Assembly (NCBI GenBank): GCA_038213805.1
Contig: JBBQSO010000040.1
Coordinates: 1 to 47,228 of the forward strand
Length of the DNA: 47,228 nt
Reading direction: 5' to 3'
DNA from: Planctomycetota bacterium
GTDB taxonomy: Bacteria; Planctomycetota; UBA11346
A program made the translations under genes and the position numbers. Of the stretch, positions 46,731-47,228 are shown piece by piece. How positions within the stretch are numbered: the stretch's first letter is position 1; each line of letters opens with the position of its first letter. The notes beneath the pieces are model-generated. The model worked only from the letters and a program-made list of their open reading frames with translations, did no database searches and was not told the DNA's origin.

Positions 46731-46782
46731 CTAGACCCTAGACCCTAGACCCTAGACCCTAGACCCTAGACCCTAGACCCTA
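46731..46782. repeat. Perfect heptamer tandem repeat (CTAGACC)x7
   Basis: Seven exact copies plus CTA, upstream of the lactonase gene. Confidence 0.95.
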
Positions 46783-47086
46783 CCCAGTACCGACAAGTCC
46801 GCTGGTGCGATGAAGCCTGAAGGCAACCGCAGAGTCGCAGAGCGCCGCAGAGGGCCGCAGAGGGTCTTTGCCCGTGCTATTCTGAAGGGCTGATGAGAGC
46901 GGCACCCATGGCCAATCCAGTTCTTCTCTGCGGCCCTCTGCGGCGCTCTGCATCTCTGCGGTGAGCTCGGGCCTGTGGTGACCGGCGATTCGGTAGTCTG
47001 CGTCGACATGTGGGTAATGGGTAGGGCGAGACGCGAGACGACGGACTACGCGACTGAGGCGACAGCCGGTTTCCTCGGGTCTAGGG
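46771..47086. repeat. Nested long imperfect palindrome with a CGCAGAG-unit core
   Basis: 37-bp arms 46826-46862 / 46926-46962 (2 mismatches). Outer arms CCCTACCCAGTACCGACA (from 46778) / TGTGGGTAATGGGTAGGG (to 47026). GGGTCTAGGG (47077-47086) is complementary to the heptamer array. Confidence 0.8.
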
Positions 47087-47170
47087 ACAATGGCGTTCAC
47101 TTAAGAAATCCTCATAAACCGCTGTAAATATTGATCTTGACATGCTTAACGGGTCCGGATTTCCGGCCTT

Positions 47171-47228
47171 ATGAGCACTTCTATTACTCCCGAGCGCACC
47201 CTGCGCCGCTTCCTGGACTTCACCCGCA
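47171..47228 (+). CDS. 5' end of a CDS truncated by the window edge (possibly an M20-family peptidase)
   Basis: ATG after an AT-rich promoter-like stretch. MSTSITPERTLRRFLDFTR loosely resembles M20/PepT N-termini. Too short to assign. Confidence 0.35.
   Translation, partial: MSTSITPERTLRRFLDFTR

Noticed and set aside
46731..46962. Possible CRISPR array
   Set aside because: The repeats are contiguous 7-mers or inverted arms with no unique spacers, and there are no cas genes in the window.

Overview
High-GC bacterial DNA, most likely Planctomycetota. The evidence is two PSCyt/DUF1549-DUF1553 + DUF1501 gene pairs, a membrane-tethered ECF sigma factor and a DnaA paralogue. The window has two parts. 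(1) About 1-15,690 is the right end of a visibly less GC-rich genomic island. It carries secreted carbohydrate-active proteins (a GH-A clan hydrolase with a CBM9-like domain, a 1,466-aa multidomain protein, an NHL/LamG protein) and two GntR-HTH/LacI-sensor regulators. It ends at the 3' half of a tRNA-Asp(GTC), a probable attR, followed by a ~185-bp element whose terminal inverted repeats are copies of that tRNA's 3' end. (2) About 16,100-47,228 is host backbone: PA14 lipoprotein, DinB, AraC, the two cytochrome c/DUF1501 pairs around a GH76 and an HPP gene, ECF sigma, MBL hydrolase, PilM/PilN-like fusion, degenerate DnaA-like protein, beta-barrel, U32 protein, fxsA, ExbD-like lipoprotein, M24 peptidase, tatA, apt, tRNA-Arg(CCT) and a lactonase. 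The most unusual items are: an ECF sigma factor fused through a TM segment to a phage-tail-fibre-like module, a DnaA paralogue with altered ATPase residues but intact DNA-binding domain next to pilM, the tRNA-derived IR element, and nested long palindromes in intergenic DNA. All calls come from motif recognition by eye; no database searches were run.
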